Shown in pieces: positions 39,386 to 48,827 of a DNA stretch of 64,000 bases. Position 1 is the first letter of the stretch. Each line of letters opens with the position of its first letter. Origin of the DNA: Bacteroidaceae bacterium (GTDB taxonomy: Archaea > Thermoplasmatota > Thermoplasmata > Methanomassiliicoccales > Methanomethylophilaceae); contig CAVKKO010000001.1 in the NCBI GenBank assembly GCA_963656905.1, positions 4,476 to 68,475 of the forward strand. Direction: 5' to 3'. A program made the position numbers and the translations under genes. Below the pieces are notes generated by a model. It was given only the letters and a program-made list of their open reading frames with translations, did not search any database and had not been told where the DNA came from.

Positions 39386-40137
39386 CCGTCCTCCCGTCGT
39401 TCGGCAACAGGCTCACGCCCGGAGTGAAGAATTCCCTGTCGTTTTGCCCCATGGTCAGATGCGACAGGTGCGGGAAGGAGGTCCCTATCCCCAGAGGCCC
39501 GCTCTTTGACAAGTGCGACGCAGACAGGTACAAGGAGTACCTCGTCAGGAGGGATTCGTCCGAGAGGGGCTGGCTCGACCAGCCTGCTCTCACCGACGAG
39601 TACATCATCAACGAGCTCAACCTGGAGATGTGGTGCGGCCGCGACCCGCACCCGATGCTCAGAGAGGCCCTGGGGCCTCTGGGCTTCGTCCTGGACGGGG
39701 ACTATAAGCGCACCGTGTGCGGAGAGTGCAGGGCGGCGCTGGAGCCGAAGTATAAGAGATACTTCGCGCAGCGGGAGCTGCTGGGGAAGCACATCGGGTA
39801 CCCTGTCGTCTGGCTGTGGCCCGAGGACGACGTCCCGGAGCCGATGGAGTACCAGAGGGGGGCCGAGACGATGGCGTCCTATCTCGATAGGAGGGCGGAG
39901 CGCAAGGCGCTGAAGGACGCGGGCAAGGACCCCGACGCAACGCCCAGGTACAGGCTCGTCTACGAAGGGAACGCCCCGCAGTTCGGGAGCCGCAACCTCA
40001 TATGCGAGGAGCTGTCCGACGATTGGGAGGAGAGCGTGTGGATGGCGAAAGCATGCGGCCCGTTCCGCATCGGCTCAGCATGCTTCATCGCGGACATGGC
40101 CGAGATGAAGAGGATTCGGAGAGAGGAATGGGAATGA
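39382..40137 (+). CDS. Zinc-ribbon protein
   Basis: CDRC...CGEC. Confidence 0.75.
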   Translation: MTVLPSFGNRLTPGVKNSLSFCPMVRCDRCGKEVPIPRGPLFDKCDADRYKEYLVRRDSSERGWLDQPALTDEYIINELNLEMWCGRDPHPMLREALGPLGFVLDGDYKRTVCGECRAALEPKYKRYFAQRELLGKHIGYPVVWLWPEDDVPEPMEYQRGAETMASYLDRRAERKALKDAGKDPDATPRYRLVYEGNAPQFGSRNLICEELSDDWEESVWMAKACGPFRIGSACFIADMAEMKRIRREEWE

Positions 40138-40346
40138 CACCGTACTACGACTTCGCCAGAGGCGACTGCGCCGTGGTGTACAAGTGCCTGCTCGCTCACA
40201 GAGACGGCATCTCGGTGACGGATATGAGCAGGGAGACGGGCATCGACATGGGCAGGGTCAGAGGCTGCGTCATGCGCCTGTCCAATTCGGGCAAGGCTGA
40301 AGCGATTGATAAGAAAGGGAACGGCAAGAGGTGGAGAGCGATATGA
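40134..40346 (+). CDS. Winged-helix DNA-binding protein
   Basis: GISVTDMSRETGIDMGRVRGCVMRL. Confidence 0.75.
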   Translation: MTPYYDFARGDCAVVYKCLLAHRDGISVTDMSRETGIDMGRVRGCVMRLSNSGKAEAIDKKGNGKRWRAI

Positions 40347-40474
40347 CAGACAGCGCGATAGAAGAGATGAAGAAGATGCTGAGGGCAGGGAAGAGCTGCG
40401 TCCTCGGCTGGGATAAGGATGAAGGGAAGATGGCCGTGAAAGAGATATCCTTGGGGGAAGAGCATGCCCTTTGA
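40343..40474 (+). CDS. Small protein (43 aa)
   Basis: Hand translation MTDSAIEEMKKML...; fills an operon gap. Confidence 0.55.
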   Translation: MTDSAIEEMKKMLRAGKSCVLGWDKDEGKMAVKEISLGEEHAL

Positions 40475-40754
40475 CCCGTGGCGGGGCCCCTACAGGGGCA
40501 TGTCGGAGCAGTATGATTGGCCTGCCGGCCTGTCTTGGATGCACGACCCGAGATGGTTCTCTCACGCGAGCGAACCGCAAGAAGAAGAGGAAGAGCCCGA
40601 AGAGGCTGAGACTATGACAGAGATGGGAGAGCTGCGCGAGGCCATCCGCGCACTGGACAAGAGCATGGAGGAGCTGAACAAGAAGCTGGAGATGCTGGAT
40701 AAGAGCGTGGAAAGGCTGAACAAGAATATGAAGAAGCATGAAGGGAGACGATGA
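40464..40754 (+). CDS. Coiled-coil hypothetical protein
   Basis: Heptad pattern in the C-terminus. Confidence 0.65.
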   Translation: MPFDPWRGPYRGMSEQYDWPAGLSWMHDPRWFSHASEPQEEEEEPEEAETMTEMGELREAIRALDKSMEELNKKLEMLDKSVERLNKNMKKHEGRR

Positions 40755-40773
40755 AGGCAAGGAGGAATGAAAG

Positions 40774-41346
40774 ATGAAGGGATACAGAGCGATAATGAAC
40801 AAGTGCGGGGCACCGGAGTGGACTGCGACAGAGCGGCCCATCGACGCAGGCTCCGATGAAGAAGCGATGGACATCGCGCAGAAGATGTACGACGAGGCCC
40901 GCATATCAGAGAGGCTGGACGACGGGCGCAACTGGGACGAGGACAGATGCTTCAAGGGCGCATGGCCGATATTCTTCCTCATGGACGGGAGCAGGCTGGT
41001 CAAAGACTACGCCTATAACGACATCGAGAGGAAGATGGACGAGGGGATGCGCATCCATCAGGTCCGCTACGGCTGCAGGGTGACGCATTTCATCAGCATG
41101 CCCGATGTCTCCGACATCACGGACATCCCCGTGCACCTGCTGGGGCGCCCTCTTTCAAGCGAATGTGTGGCCATGGCAGAGGGCATCGGATTCGCGCTGG
41201 ACGATATGGAGAGGAAATGGAATGCCATGACCGACGAGCAGAAAGACAGGTTCGTGTCCGACGGAGGGCGCTTCGAAGTCTGCGCGGAAGGCGTGCTGGT
41301 GCGCGACTTCGTGCAGGAGCGCATCGACAGCAAGAAGGGGGAATGA
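40774..41346 (+). CDS. Hypothetical protein
   Basis: GGAGG RBS. Confidence 0.7.
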   Translation: MKGYRAIMNKCGAPEWTATERPIDAGSDEEAMDIAQKMYDEARISERLDDGRNWDEDRCFKGAWPIFFLMDGSRLVKDYAYNDIERKMDEGMRIHQVRYGCRVTHFISMPDVSDITDIPVHLLGRPLSSECVAMAEGIGFALDDMERKWNAMTDEQKDRFVSDGGRFEVCAEGVLVRDFVQERIDSKKGE

Positions 41347-41993
41347 GAAAGATGGACAAGATTGTAAAAAATGCGCTGAGGGGCGTAGCGGACATCCCAG
41401 ACACGGGGAGCGACGACATCTCGCTGAACGAGCTGATCGGCATGAAGAACAGGCTGGAGAAGATTCTGATGAAAGACACGGAGACCGTGACAGTCAGATG
41501 CAATTGCTGCGGCAAAACGCTGGACCTGAGAGTCATCCCCGATTCATGCATCGCCAAATCGGGCGCGGCGCTGAAGCAGGGGTGGATATGCTGCCCGTCG
41601 CTCGAGTCCCGTGACGCCGACGTATGCTGGTGCCCGGACTGCGAGGAGAAGACCACGCTGGCGGAGCTGATGGGGCTGGAGGATTTCGATGGCTCTGTGG
41701 CGAAAGCGGTCATGCTGGAGCTGGACAGCTTCGGCATGGACAGCGCCCGCAAGATGGTCGAGCTCATGCTGGAGAAGCTGGACGAAGGCTTGGTCTGCAA
41801 GTGGCTGGACAAGAAAGACTGCAGGATAACGTTCAAGGCGGCGCTGGGGATGAGGCCTGTGTACGCGGAGAACGAAATATACAAGGCGATGTGCGAGGGC
41901 ACGCTCATGAGGATTCTCGGCAAGGTCGCGGGGGATGCCCTCATCGACATGGCCGAGGACGAAGTGGAGAAGGACAGGGAGGAAGACGAATGA
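41343..41993 (+). CDS. Zinc-ribbon protein, paralog of 43348-43878
   Basis: ALRGVADIPD, CNCC...CPDC. Confidence 0.8.
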   Translation: MRKMDKIVKNALRGVADIPDTGSDDISLNELIGMKNRLEKILMKDTETVTVRCNCCGKTLDLRVIPDSCIAKSGAALKQGWICCPSLESRDADVCWCPDCEEKTTLAELMGLEDFDGSVAKAVMLELDSFGMDSARKMVELMLEKLDEGLVCKWLDKKDCRITFKAALGMRPVYAENEIYKAMCEGTLMRILGKVAGDALIDMAEDEVEKDREEDE

Positions 41994-42871
41994 TTTTCAA
42001 GAAGAAAGAGGTCATCCTGACTTCGGACGGCCAGAGCCTAGGTGCTCTGTTGGACAGCGCCAAGCTCGCCGCTCAAACGGCGGAAGAGCTGAATGAAAAG
42101 GGCGACTTCGATGGCTGCAGATGGTATATCAGGGCGGCTAAGGAGAACCTGAGCTGGGCTCTGAAGAAAGTCCCTTACAACAGCTATTCCGCCCCAGATT
42201 ACAAGGAGCTGTGCCTGGAGAACATCGATGACAGGGTCAGAGCCGCTGCGGATTCCTGCACCGAGGATGAGATCGAGAGATATCTCGGCTCAGCCAGGAC
42301 CTCTTTGGACGTGATAGAGCGCAGTCTGCTCAAGGCGATAAGCAAAGAGCACAACTATGCTCTCTGCGACGGCTTCCCCGGAGCCCCTGCGCAGGTCACC
42401 TGGTTCGGCCTGAGGAAGGACGCTCTGAAGGCAGGGCAGGAGAGATGGGACAGCCTGAGCGACGAGGTCAAGAGATATGCATGGGAGGGCGTGTCCTTCG
42501 CGGTCGTCGATGCTATGAGCAATGTCGTGAAGGACTGGTCCGCCGAAGAGATGGACAGGGCGTTCAACGAGCAGGGCGAAGCCGCGAGGGCGGAGCTGCG
42601 CGAGAAGGTCGCCAACGAAGAGGACGGCTATACCAAGGTCCCCGCATGGAGGATGGCGTTCCATCTGCCGTGGGAGCGTTCGGGCTTCTATGCCGACAAG
42701 TGGGTCCGCGACCCCGAGACCGCCGTCGTAGTATCCGGCGGCGGCGAGTACCCCGAAGGCATCAGCGTCGACCTCATGAGCATCCTGGAGGCATCGCCTC
42801 TGGAAGAGGACAAGGTCCTGCTTGAGGACATGAAGAATAAGAAAGGAGACGATGAAGACAAGGAGGAATGA
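41990..42871 (+). CDS. Hypothetical protein
   Basis: ATGA coupling. Confidence 0.75.
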   Translation: MIFKKKEVILTSDGQSLGALLDSAKLAAQTAEELNEKGDFDGCRWYIRAAKENLSWALKKVPYNSYSAPDYKELCLENIDDRVRAAADSCTEDEIERYLGSARTSLDVIERSLLKAISKEHNYALCDGFPGAPAQVTWFGLRKDALKAGQERWDSLSDEVKRYAWEGVSFAVVDAMSNVVKDWSAEEMDRAFNEQGEAARAELREKVANEEDGYTKVPAWRMAFHLPWERSGFYADKWVRDPETAVVVSGGGEYPEGISVDLMSILEASPLEEDKVLLEDMKNKKGDDEDKEE

Positions 42872-43344
42872 GAGAGATGGATGATGAAACATATGAATCT
42901 GACCTGAGAGCCTTGCGCCACAGGCTGGAGAACGTCACGGACAGGCTGTTTGTCGCCAAGAGGATGAAATACCGCGCCAGTCCCGAGTTCGAGGGCTGTG
43001 TCAGGAACGCGCTGGATGACTTGAACAAACTGGATGTGGTCTTGTGCGAGATGCAGAAGGAGGCGCTTGCACGGATTGAAGCTTCCAAGTACCCGATTGA
43101 CACCAAAGTGTATGCGGTCACCAAATCCAAGCACAAGCTCTTGCTGAATGGAGACAATCTGCGCCAGGCATGCAAGAACTCGATATACAAGCTGGACCAT
43201 GCGGGGCTGGTCGTAGAGGGCACGCACCCTATGACCAACACCGCGCCTTTCGGCAAGATGATTATCCCCTTCGGAAAGATATAGTGCATCACCGAAGTCC
43301 AGGAAAGAAGGAAGTGCGAAGAGAACGAATCTAAGGAGGGATGA
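42868..43344 (+). CDS. Hypothetical protein with in-frame TAG at 43282-43284 (ends at 43284 if TAG is a stop)
   Basis: The frame stays open 19 codons past TAG to a TGA 3 nt before the next ATG. Confidence 0.55.
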
Positions 43345-43347
43345 GAA

Positions 43348-43878
43348 ATGGATGAAAATGTGAGAGATGCACTGAGGGGCGTCGCGGACATACCCGACTA
43401 TTGCACAGTCGCATGCGAGCGTTGCGGCAAAACGCTCGACGTGAAGTCCACAAAGGACGACCTTGACTTTCACAATGCGCTGATGGCAAAAGGCTGGGTC
43501 GACTTCTCCGACACAACAGACAATTCCCTGCACATCTATTGCAGGGAATGCGAAGAGAGCACCTCGCTGGCAGACATGATGGGTTTGGAGGGCTTCGAAG
43601 GCTCTTCGGCAGAGGCTGTCAGGATAATGATGGACAGGTTCGGCATGGACTATGCCCGCAGGCTGATCGAGCTCATGATAGAGAAGCTCGGTGAGGATGA
43701 GGTCTCCGAGGTGTTGAACTACAGGGAAATCAGGCTCGCTTTCAAATCCTCCCTCTGTTTGGGGGAGATAGTCAGATTCAACACGCTTGCGAAATCCCAG
43801 GCGGAGAACACACTCATGGACACCTTGTACACCGTTGCGAAACTGGTGTTCTCCTCCATGTTGAGGGCGGAGAGATGA
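43348..43878 (+). CDS. Zinc-ribbon protein
   Basis: ALRGVADIPD, CERC...CREC. Confidence 0.8.
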   Translation: MDENVRDALRGVADIPDYCTVACERCGKTLDVKSTKDDLDFHNALMAKGWVDFSDTTDNSLHIYCRECEESTSLADMMGLEGFEGSSAEAVRIMMDRFGMDYARRLIELMIEKLGEDEVSEVLNYREIRLAFKSSLCLGEIVRFNTLAKSQAENTLMDTLYTVAKLVFSSMLRAER

Positions 43879-44120
43879 CAGTCATCATGAACATCCCCGC
43901 CACGCTCATATGCGACAAATGCAACAAGAGCGTTGAGACGTGCATCCCTGTCAGCAACAGCGGAGGATATCCCCTTGGCATCATAACCATGTGCAAAAAC
44001 GGATATTTCTGCAAGTACGACCTTGGCAGATGCCCTGCCGTCGGAGAAGGATGGCACGTCAAGCTCGATTATGGGCCCTGGAAAGCTCTCTGCCCGGACT
44101 GCAAAGAGGCGGACGAATGA
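43875..44120 (+). CDS. Small zinc-ribbon protein
   Basis: CDKC...GW...CPDC. Confidence 0.7.
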   Translation: MTVIMNIPATLICDKCNKSVETCIPVSNSGGYPLGIITMCKNGYFCKYDLGRCPAVGEGWHVKLDYGPWKALCPDCKEADE

Positions 44121-44344
44121 CCTGCATAGAGCTGCGCACCATGTACAAAGGAGGCCTCTTCAGCGAGGGGGCGTTCGATATACGCCCGGCTCTGACGGCA
44201 TCCTGCCTTGCCCATATGAGGCTCATCGACGAGGACGGCAACGCAGCGTATCTGTGCGTGGACAAGACGGGCATCGCAAAGATGATAGATGCTCTGCAGG
44301 AACAGCTCAGAATCATGGAGACCGCCGAATCTAAGACGGACTGA
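44117..44344 (+). CDS. Hypothetical protein
   Basis: ATGA coupling. Confidence 0.65.
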   Translation: MTCIELRTMYKGGLFSEGAFDIRPALTASCLAHMRLIDEDGNAAYLCVDKTGIAKMIDALQEQLRIMETAESKTD

Positions 44345-44470
44345 CGCCTGGAAACCCCTTTCAACAAACCCTTTACCCATATGATTATATACTCTGAGCG
44401 TATACAGAATCATGACGAGGTCGGTGTCCTCTCGGGCGCCGAGATATCATCCTCGCCAGGATTTGAGTAC

Positions 44471-46219
44471 ATGGAGAATGGAAAGAAATTGAAGGTCGTC
44501 GAGCTGTTCAGCGGCATCGGCGCACAGGCACAGGGGCTGAAGGATGCAGGCATAGGCTTCGAATCGGTCTGTTGCGAGATAGACGCGAAGGCTCACAAGA
44601 GCTACTGCGCCATACACGGCGACACGCCGAACCTCGGCGATATCACCAAGCTGCAGAGGCTTCCCGAGGCGGACCTGGTGACGTGGTCGTTCCCATGCCT
44701 CCGCGGAGATATGAGGGTCCAGACCTCGAACGGCCCTGTGCCTATCAAGGATGTGAAGGTCGGCGACATGGTACAGACCCACACGAACACATACTCCCCC
44801 GTCACAGCTCACGCCATGACCGGAATCAAGAAGGTCATCATGGTCAAGACGATGGAGGGGCATAAAATCGTATGCACGCCCGACCACAGGTTCCTGACCA
44901 TCTGCGCCCATTCATGGGGCGCAGCAGGAGAGGGAGACATCGAATATGAATGGGTCCCTGCGAAAGACCTGCTGGGCAGGGTCGTCCTTCAGCCTAATGA
45001 ATACTGGACTGTCCATCAGATGTACCATCCTGATGCAGTAGTCGGTATATCGGAGCTGCCTTATGAAGAGGAGGTCTATGACATCTGCGTTGAAGACGCG
45101 CATTCTTTCGTCGCAGAAGGCATAGTAGTTCATAATTGCACTGACCTCAGCATCGCATCGGGCACCCAGAAGGGCTTCGTAGAGGGCTCGGGCACACGTT
45201 CCGCCCTGGCTTGGGAGGTCATAAGGCTCCTCGAGACCGCGAAGGACGAGGGCGCCCTCCCCGAGTATCTGCTCATGGAGAACGTTCCCGCCATCCTCAA
45301 CAAGAGGAACCTGACCGAGTTCAAGAGGCTCGTCGGCATATTGAACGATTTGGGATACACCTCATCGTACGATGTCCTCAACGCCAAGGACTACGGCGTG
45401 CCCCAGAACCGCAAGAGATGCTTCATGGTCTCCACGTTGCACCACGGCAAGTTCAGGTTCCCCGAGCCCTGCCCCGACGGGCGCGTGCTGAAGGACGTGC
45501 TGGAGCCTGCTGAGGATGTGCCCGACAAGCTCTGGCTGTCCAAGGAGAAGATAGCACGCTACGAGGAGCACTGCCAGCGCAACATGGCGAAGGGCAACAA
45601 CTTCGGCTGGAAGCCCACAGACGGCGACTGCATCGCAGGCTCCGTCACCACCAAGGCTGACAGGCAGTACAGCAATTACATCATACAGGCGGGCAAGCTC
45701 AACATGCCGGGCTGGAAGGAGAGCATCTGCAGGGTCTACGACGCTGATGGCGTGTCGCCGACCATCACCACCCCTGGCGGAGGGGGGCACATGCCCAAGA
45801 TAAAGTGGCCCTCGGGCACCCAGAAGGGGTGGATGGAGGCAGGCGACGGGGATGGGCTCGTCATGGCAAGGCCCCTGACTGCGCGCGGAACAGTCCAGCC
45901 CCAGCAGGCACCGACGGTCACGTGCGGCAACACCACAGGGGTGTGCGTCAACGACCCCAGGGGGGCCGTGCAGGAAGCTCTGGAGGGCAAGCTGAGGATA
46001 AGGTACCTAACCACAAAAGAGGCATGGCGTCTGCAAGGCTTCTCCGACGAGGCGTTCTACGCCGCCAAGGCGGTGCCCACCAGCGACACCCAGCTCTACA
46101 AGCAGGCTGGCAACTCCATCGCCGTCCCGTGCCTGAAGGCTATCTTCAAGGGCATGTTCGTCGACGAGACATGGGAGAGCGTCAAGGCGCCCAAGGCATT
46201 GGACGCATATCTTGACTGA
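44471..46219 (+). CDS. DNA cytosine-5 methyltransferase containing an intein
   Basis: ELFSGIG, GDI, SFP/C, MENV, PQNRKR, QAGNS motifs. Confidence 0.95.
   Translation: MENGKKLKVVELFSGIGAQAQGLKDAGIGFESVCCEIDAKAHKSYCAIHGDTPNLGDITKLQRLPEADLVTWSFPCLRGDMRVQTSNGPVPIKDVKVGDMVQTHTNTYSPVTAHAMTGIKKVIMVKTMEGHKIVCTPDHRFLTICAHSWGAAGEGDIEYEWVPAKDLLGRVVLQPNEYWTVHQMYHPDAVVGISELPYEEEVYDICVEDAHSFVAEGIVVHNCTDLSIASGTQKGFVEGSGTRSALAWEVIRLLETAKDEGALPEYLLMENVPAILNKRNLTEFKRLVGILNDLGYTSSYDVLNAKDYGVPQNRKRCFMVSTLHHGKFRFPEPCPDGRVLKDVLEPAEDVPDKLWLSKEKIARYEEHCQRNMAKGNNFGWKPTDGDCIAGSVTTKADRQYSNYIIQAGKLNMPGWKESICRVYDADGVSPTITTPGGGGHMPKIKWPSGTQKGWMEAGDGDGLVMARPLTARGTVQPQQAPTVTCGNTTGVCVNDPRGAVQEALEGKLRIRYLTTKEAWRLQGFSDEAFYAAKAVPTSDTQLYKQAGNSIAVPCLKAIFKGMFVDETWESVKAPKALDAYLD
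44696..45136 (+). mobile_element. Mini-intein (147 aa, no homing endonuclease)
   Basis: Starts CLRGDMRV, block B TPDHRF, ends VYDICVEDAHSFVAEGIVVHN followed by Cys. Confidence 0.93.
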
Positions 46220-46230
46220 GAGGAAGCGAG

Positions 46231-46938
46231 ATGACAGACATAAGAGTGGTAAAGACGAACGACAAGGGCAAGAATCACGAAGAACTCCTGGACGCATGCA
46301 AGGACTGCAGGTTCTATGTAGGGCACTGCCTATGCGCGATAGGGGCAGAGATCGACAGAGAGTACGAGAAAGGGTTCCCGGAGGGGTGCCCTCTTCCCGA
46401 GTTCGAGGTGCCTGCCCTCGGCCCCTGCCCCGTGTGCGGGAGGGAGGGGCGCTTCATATTCGATAAGAAGAGGCATCCTCTCGACTATGACAAAGAGGTG
46501 CGTTGCGACGGTTGCGGATTCGAGCGCAACTATAGCGGGTTCACCATAGACTACTGCGTCCGGGACTGGCAGAAAGCCCATGCCCGTGCAGAGAGCATAA
46601 GGGCAGAGACGGGCGCGGCTCTCGGAGAAGGATGCAACACCTGCGAATACCTCATAGACAGGGGCGAAGGCAGACATCCTTGCTGTAAGCTGGCCCCCAG
46701 CTGCTCTCTGCCCGACGTAATGATATGCGACATGTATGTGAAGAAGGGAGAAAAGGAGCTCAAGGGCAAGGACGACCACGGTTGCCTCCCCTGCCCCTTG
46801 TGCAAGAGCACGAGCCTTGGCTATCTGTTTGACAAAGAGGGCTACATGATAGAGGATATCCGCTGCAAGAGGTGCGGGTTCGAGACGGGCATACACTACT
46901 GGAACAAGCTGGCCATGAAGTGCAGGAAGGGGGAATGA
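46231..46938 (+). CDS. Multi-zinc-finger protein with Lar-like domains
   Basis: PCPVCG...VRCDGCG and PCPLCK...IRCKRCG...WN. Confidence 0.65.
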   Translation: MTDIRVVKTNDKGKNHEELLDACKDCRFYVGHCLCAIGAEIDREYEKGFPEGCPLPEFEVPALGPCPVCGREGRFIFDKKRHPLDYDKEVRCDGCGFERNYSGFTIDYCVRDWQKAHARAESIRAETGAALGEGCNTCEYLIDRGEGRHPCCKLAPSCSLPDVMICDMYVKKGEKELKGKDDHGCLPCPLCKSTSLGYLFDKEGYMIEDIRCKRCGFETGIHYWNKLAMKCRKGE

Positions 46939-47126
46939 AGGTGGATGACCATCTCTATATCAGAGTGCCTGCCGACAGGGTGGAGCACAGCTCTGTGAAT
47001 GACACGTACATGGTGGACCTGGGCCTTGCAGAGGACGTCGTCAAGATGGTGCTCGGCGCCATGGTCCATCCCGGCATGGCGGTCATGATGGACAAAGGAG
47101 AAGATGAAGAGGAGGAAGGGGAATGA
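46935..47126 (+). CDS. Hypothetical protein
   Basis: ATGA coupling. Confidence 0.6.
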   Translation: MKVDDHLYIRVPADRVEHSSVNDTYMVDLGLAEDVVKMVLGAMVHPGMAVMMDKGEDEEEEGE

Positions 47127-47488
47127 CGCTCAGATTCGATGACAATGCTATCCCTTGCCGGGTCGTCTGTGACAGGTGCGGCAAGGAACAGGCCACGACC
47201 CTGACAGTCATATCGTCAGGCATACCACGGGTATTTGATGATGCGACTTGTGACGAATCAACCATCTATGCGAGGCTCGATGTGGCGGGTCTTGTCAAAA
47301 TAGGTTGGCGCACTATGCTCAGACCTGATGCCTCAGAGAGGATCGCAGAGTCCAGGCATGCTGACTTGGATTGGCTCGTTTGCCCAGAATGCAAAGACAT
47401 ATGCTTGAGAGAAGCAAGGCAGAGATATGAAAAAAAATTCAAATGCTTTGGATTTAGAGCGACTGAAGACAAGGAGGATAAGCAATGA
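47123..47488 (+). CDS. Zinc-ribbon protein
   Basis: CDRC...GW...CPEC. Confidence 0.7.
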   Translation: MTLRFDDNAIPCRVVCDRCGKEQATTLTVISSGIPRVFDDATCDESTIYARLDVAGLVKIGWRTMLRPDASERIAESRHADLDWLVCPECKDICLREARQRYEKKFKCFGFRATEDKEDKQ

Positions 47489-47682
47489 CGGTGGTAGACT
47501 GGAAGACAAGATACGAGCTGCTAGAGCGTGAGAGCAGGGGCTATGGAGAGGGCACGACCTCTCCCCTCTGCGATATCTTGATAGCAAAGAACATCGTGAT
47601 AAGGGATTTGAAAGATGAAGTCCAAGACCTGAAGGAGCAGGTAAAGAGACTGAACGACGAGCTGAAGAAGGTGAAAGGATGA
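47485..47682 (+). CDS. Coiled-coil protein
   Basis: ATGA coupling. Confidence 0.65.
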   Translation: MTVVDWKTRYELLERESRGYGEGTTSPLCDILIAKNIVIRDLKDEVQDLKEQVKRLNDELKKVKG

Positions 47683-48080
47683 CAGAGACAGTTAAGACTG
47701 CAAAAGAGAAGATGGAAGCCCTGCTCGCAGGGAAGGAGGTGTGGCAAGACAATCTCGGCTTCAGGCTCTCTGAAGATGGCGAGATGCAGGTGAGTTCCGA
47801 AGACTGCATCGGATGGGAGAACACCGATGGCGGAGGACTGTCCATGACCCAGAATGCAGTAGCATGCATGCCCTCGGCCAAGTACACGTTCTGCCAGGCC
47901 ATCGGCTTGATGGCTCAAGGCAAGACCATGCGCCCCGTAGGGTCCAGAGACAAGTACATCATACACCCGGAGATGGGGCTTGTATCTCATTCATACGGTT
48001 GCGGGCCGGACGGCACGTGGTCGGAGCCTCCTCTGTTCGCTGAGGAGACAGAGGGCATGTGGGTGGAGGCAGACGAATGA
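47679..48080 (+). CDS. Hypothetical protein, possible DUF2829-like
   Basis: TFCQAIGLMAQGK...MWVE. Confidence 0.6.
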   Translation: MTETVKTAKEKMEALLAGKEVWQDNLGFRLSEDGEMQVSSEDCIGWENTDGGGLSMTQNAVACMPSAKYTFCQAIGLMAQGKTMRPVGSRDKYIIHPEMGLVSHSYGCGPDGTWSEPPLFAEETEGMWVEADE

Positions 48081-48778
48081 ACGTGGTGCTGCTGAATATG
48101 ACTCCCCCGTGGGTCGCGGACATGGCCGCGAGATGCTGCATGTCCGCGGAGATGCCTGAGATGACCTCGGCCACAAGGGCCATGGAAGCCGCGTGCCTCT
48201 CCGGGCACCTCTCCATACTGGAGCACATGACTGTCAGCTTCTCTATCGAGGGCATAAGCAGAGCATGCTCGCACCAGCTCGTCAGGCATCGCCTCATGAC
48301 AGTCAGCCAGCAGAGCCAGCGCTATGTGGCGATGGACGGCTTCGCCTACGTCACGCCCGACTCGGTGCGCCTGAGCGAAGATGGCCATGCCGAAGAGGTC
48401 TTCGACACGTACATGTCGCAGACCGCCGAGCTGTACGAAGCTATGACGAAGCTCCGGGACATCCCGCAGGAAGATGCCAGAGCAGTGCTGCCCAACGCAT
48501 GCTGCACCAACATGGTCGTCACCATGAACCTGAGGGAAGCGGCGCACATCTGCCAGTTGAGGACGTGCTCCCGCGCTCAGGCAGAGGCGAGGGCGGTCGC
48601 TAATGACATGAGTGATCAGATAAAAGACAAGCTCCATCGCTACGGCATCTACACGCTGGACAAGCTCTTCGGCCCCCAATGCGAAGCTCTGGGCTATTGC
48701 CCGGAGAAGAAGACCTGCGGGAAGGAGCCGACGCTGAAAGAGCTGCGCGACGCATACGAGGGCGCAGGCAACCTGTGA
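48077..48778 (+). CDS. thyX: FAD-dependent thymidylate synthase
   Basis: GHLSILEH, SRACSHQLVRHR...SQQSQRYV, EDARAVLP, MNLRE, AQAEAR. Confidence 0.95.
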   Translation: MNVVLLNMTPPWVADMAARCCMSAEMPEMTSATRAMEAACLSGHLSILEHMTVSFSIEGISRACSHQLVRHRLMTVSQQSQRYVAMDGFAYVTPDSVRLSEDGHAEEVFDTYMSQTAELYEAMTKLRDIPQEDARAVLPNACCTNMVVTMNLREAAHICQLRTCSRAQAEARAVANDMSDQIKDKLHRYGIYTLDKLFGPQCEALGYCPEKKTCGKEPTLKELRDAYEGAGNL

Positions 48779-48827
48779 GAGACAATGAAAGCTGAACAAA
48801 GCTGAATCAGCATACAAAGGCGATACT

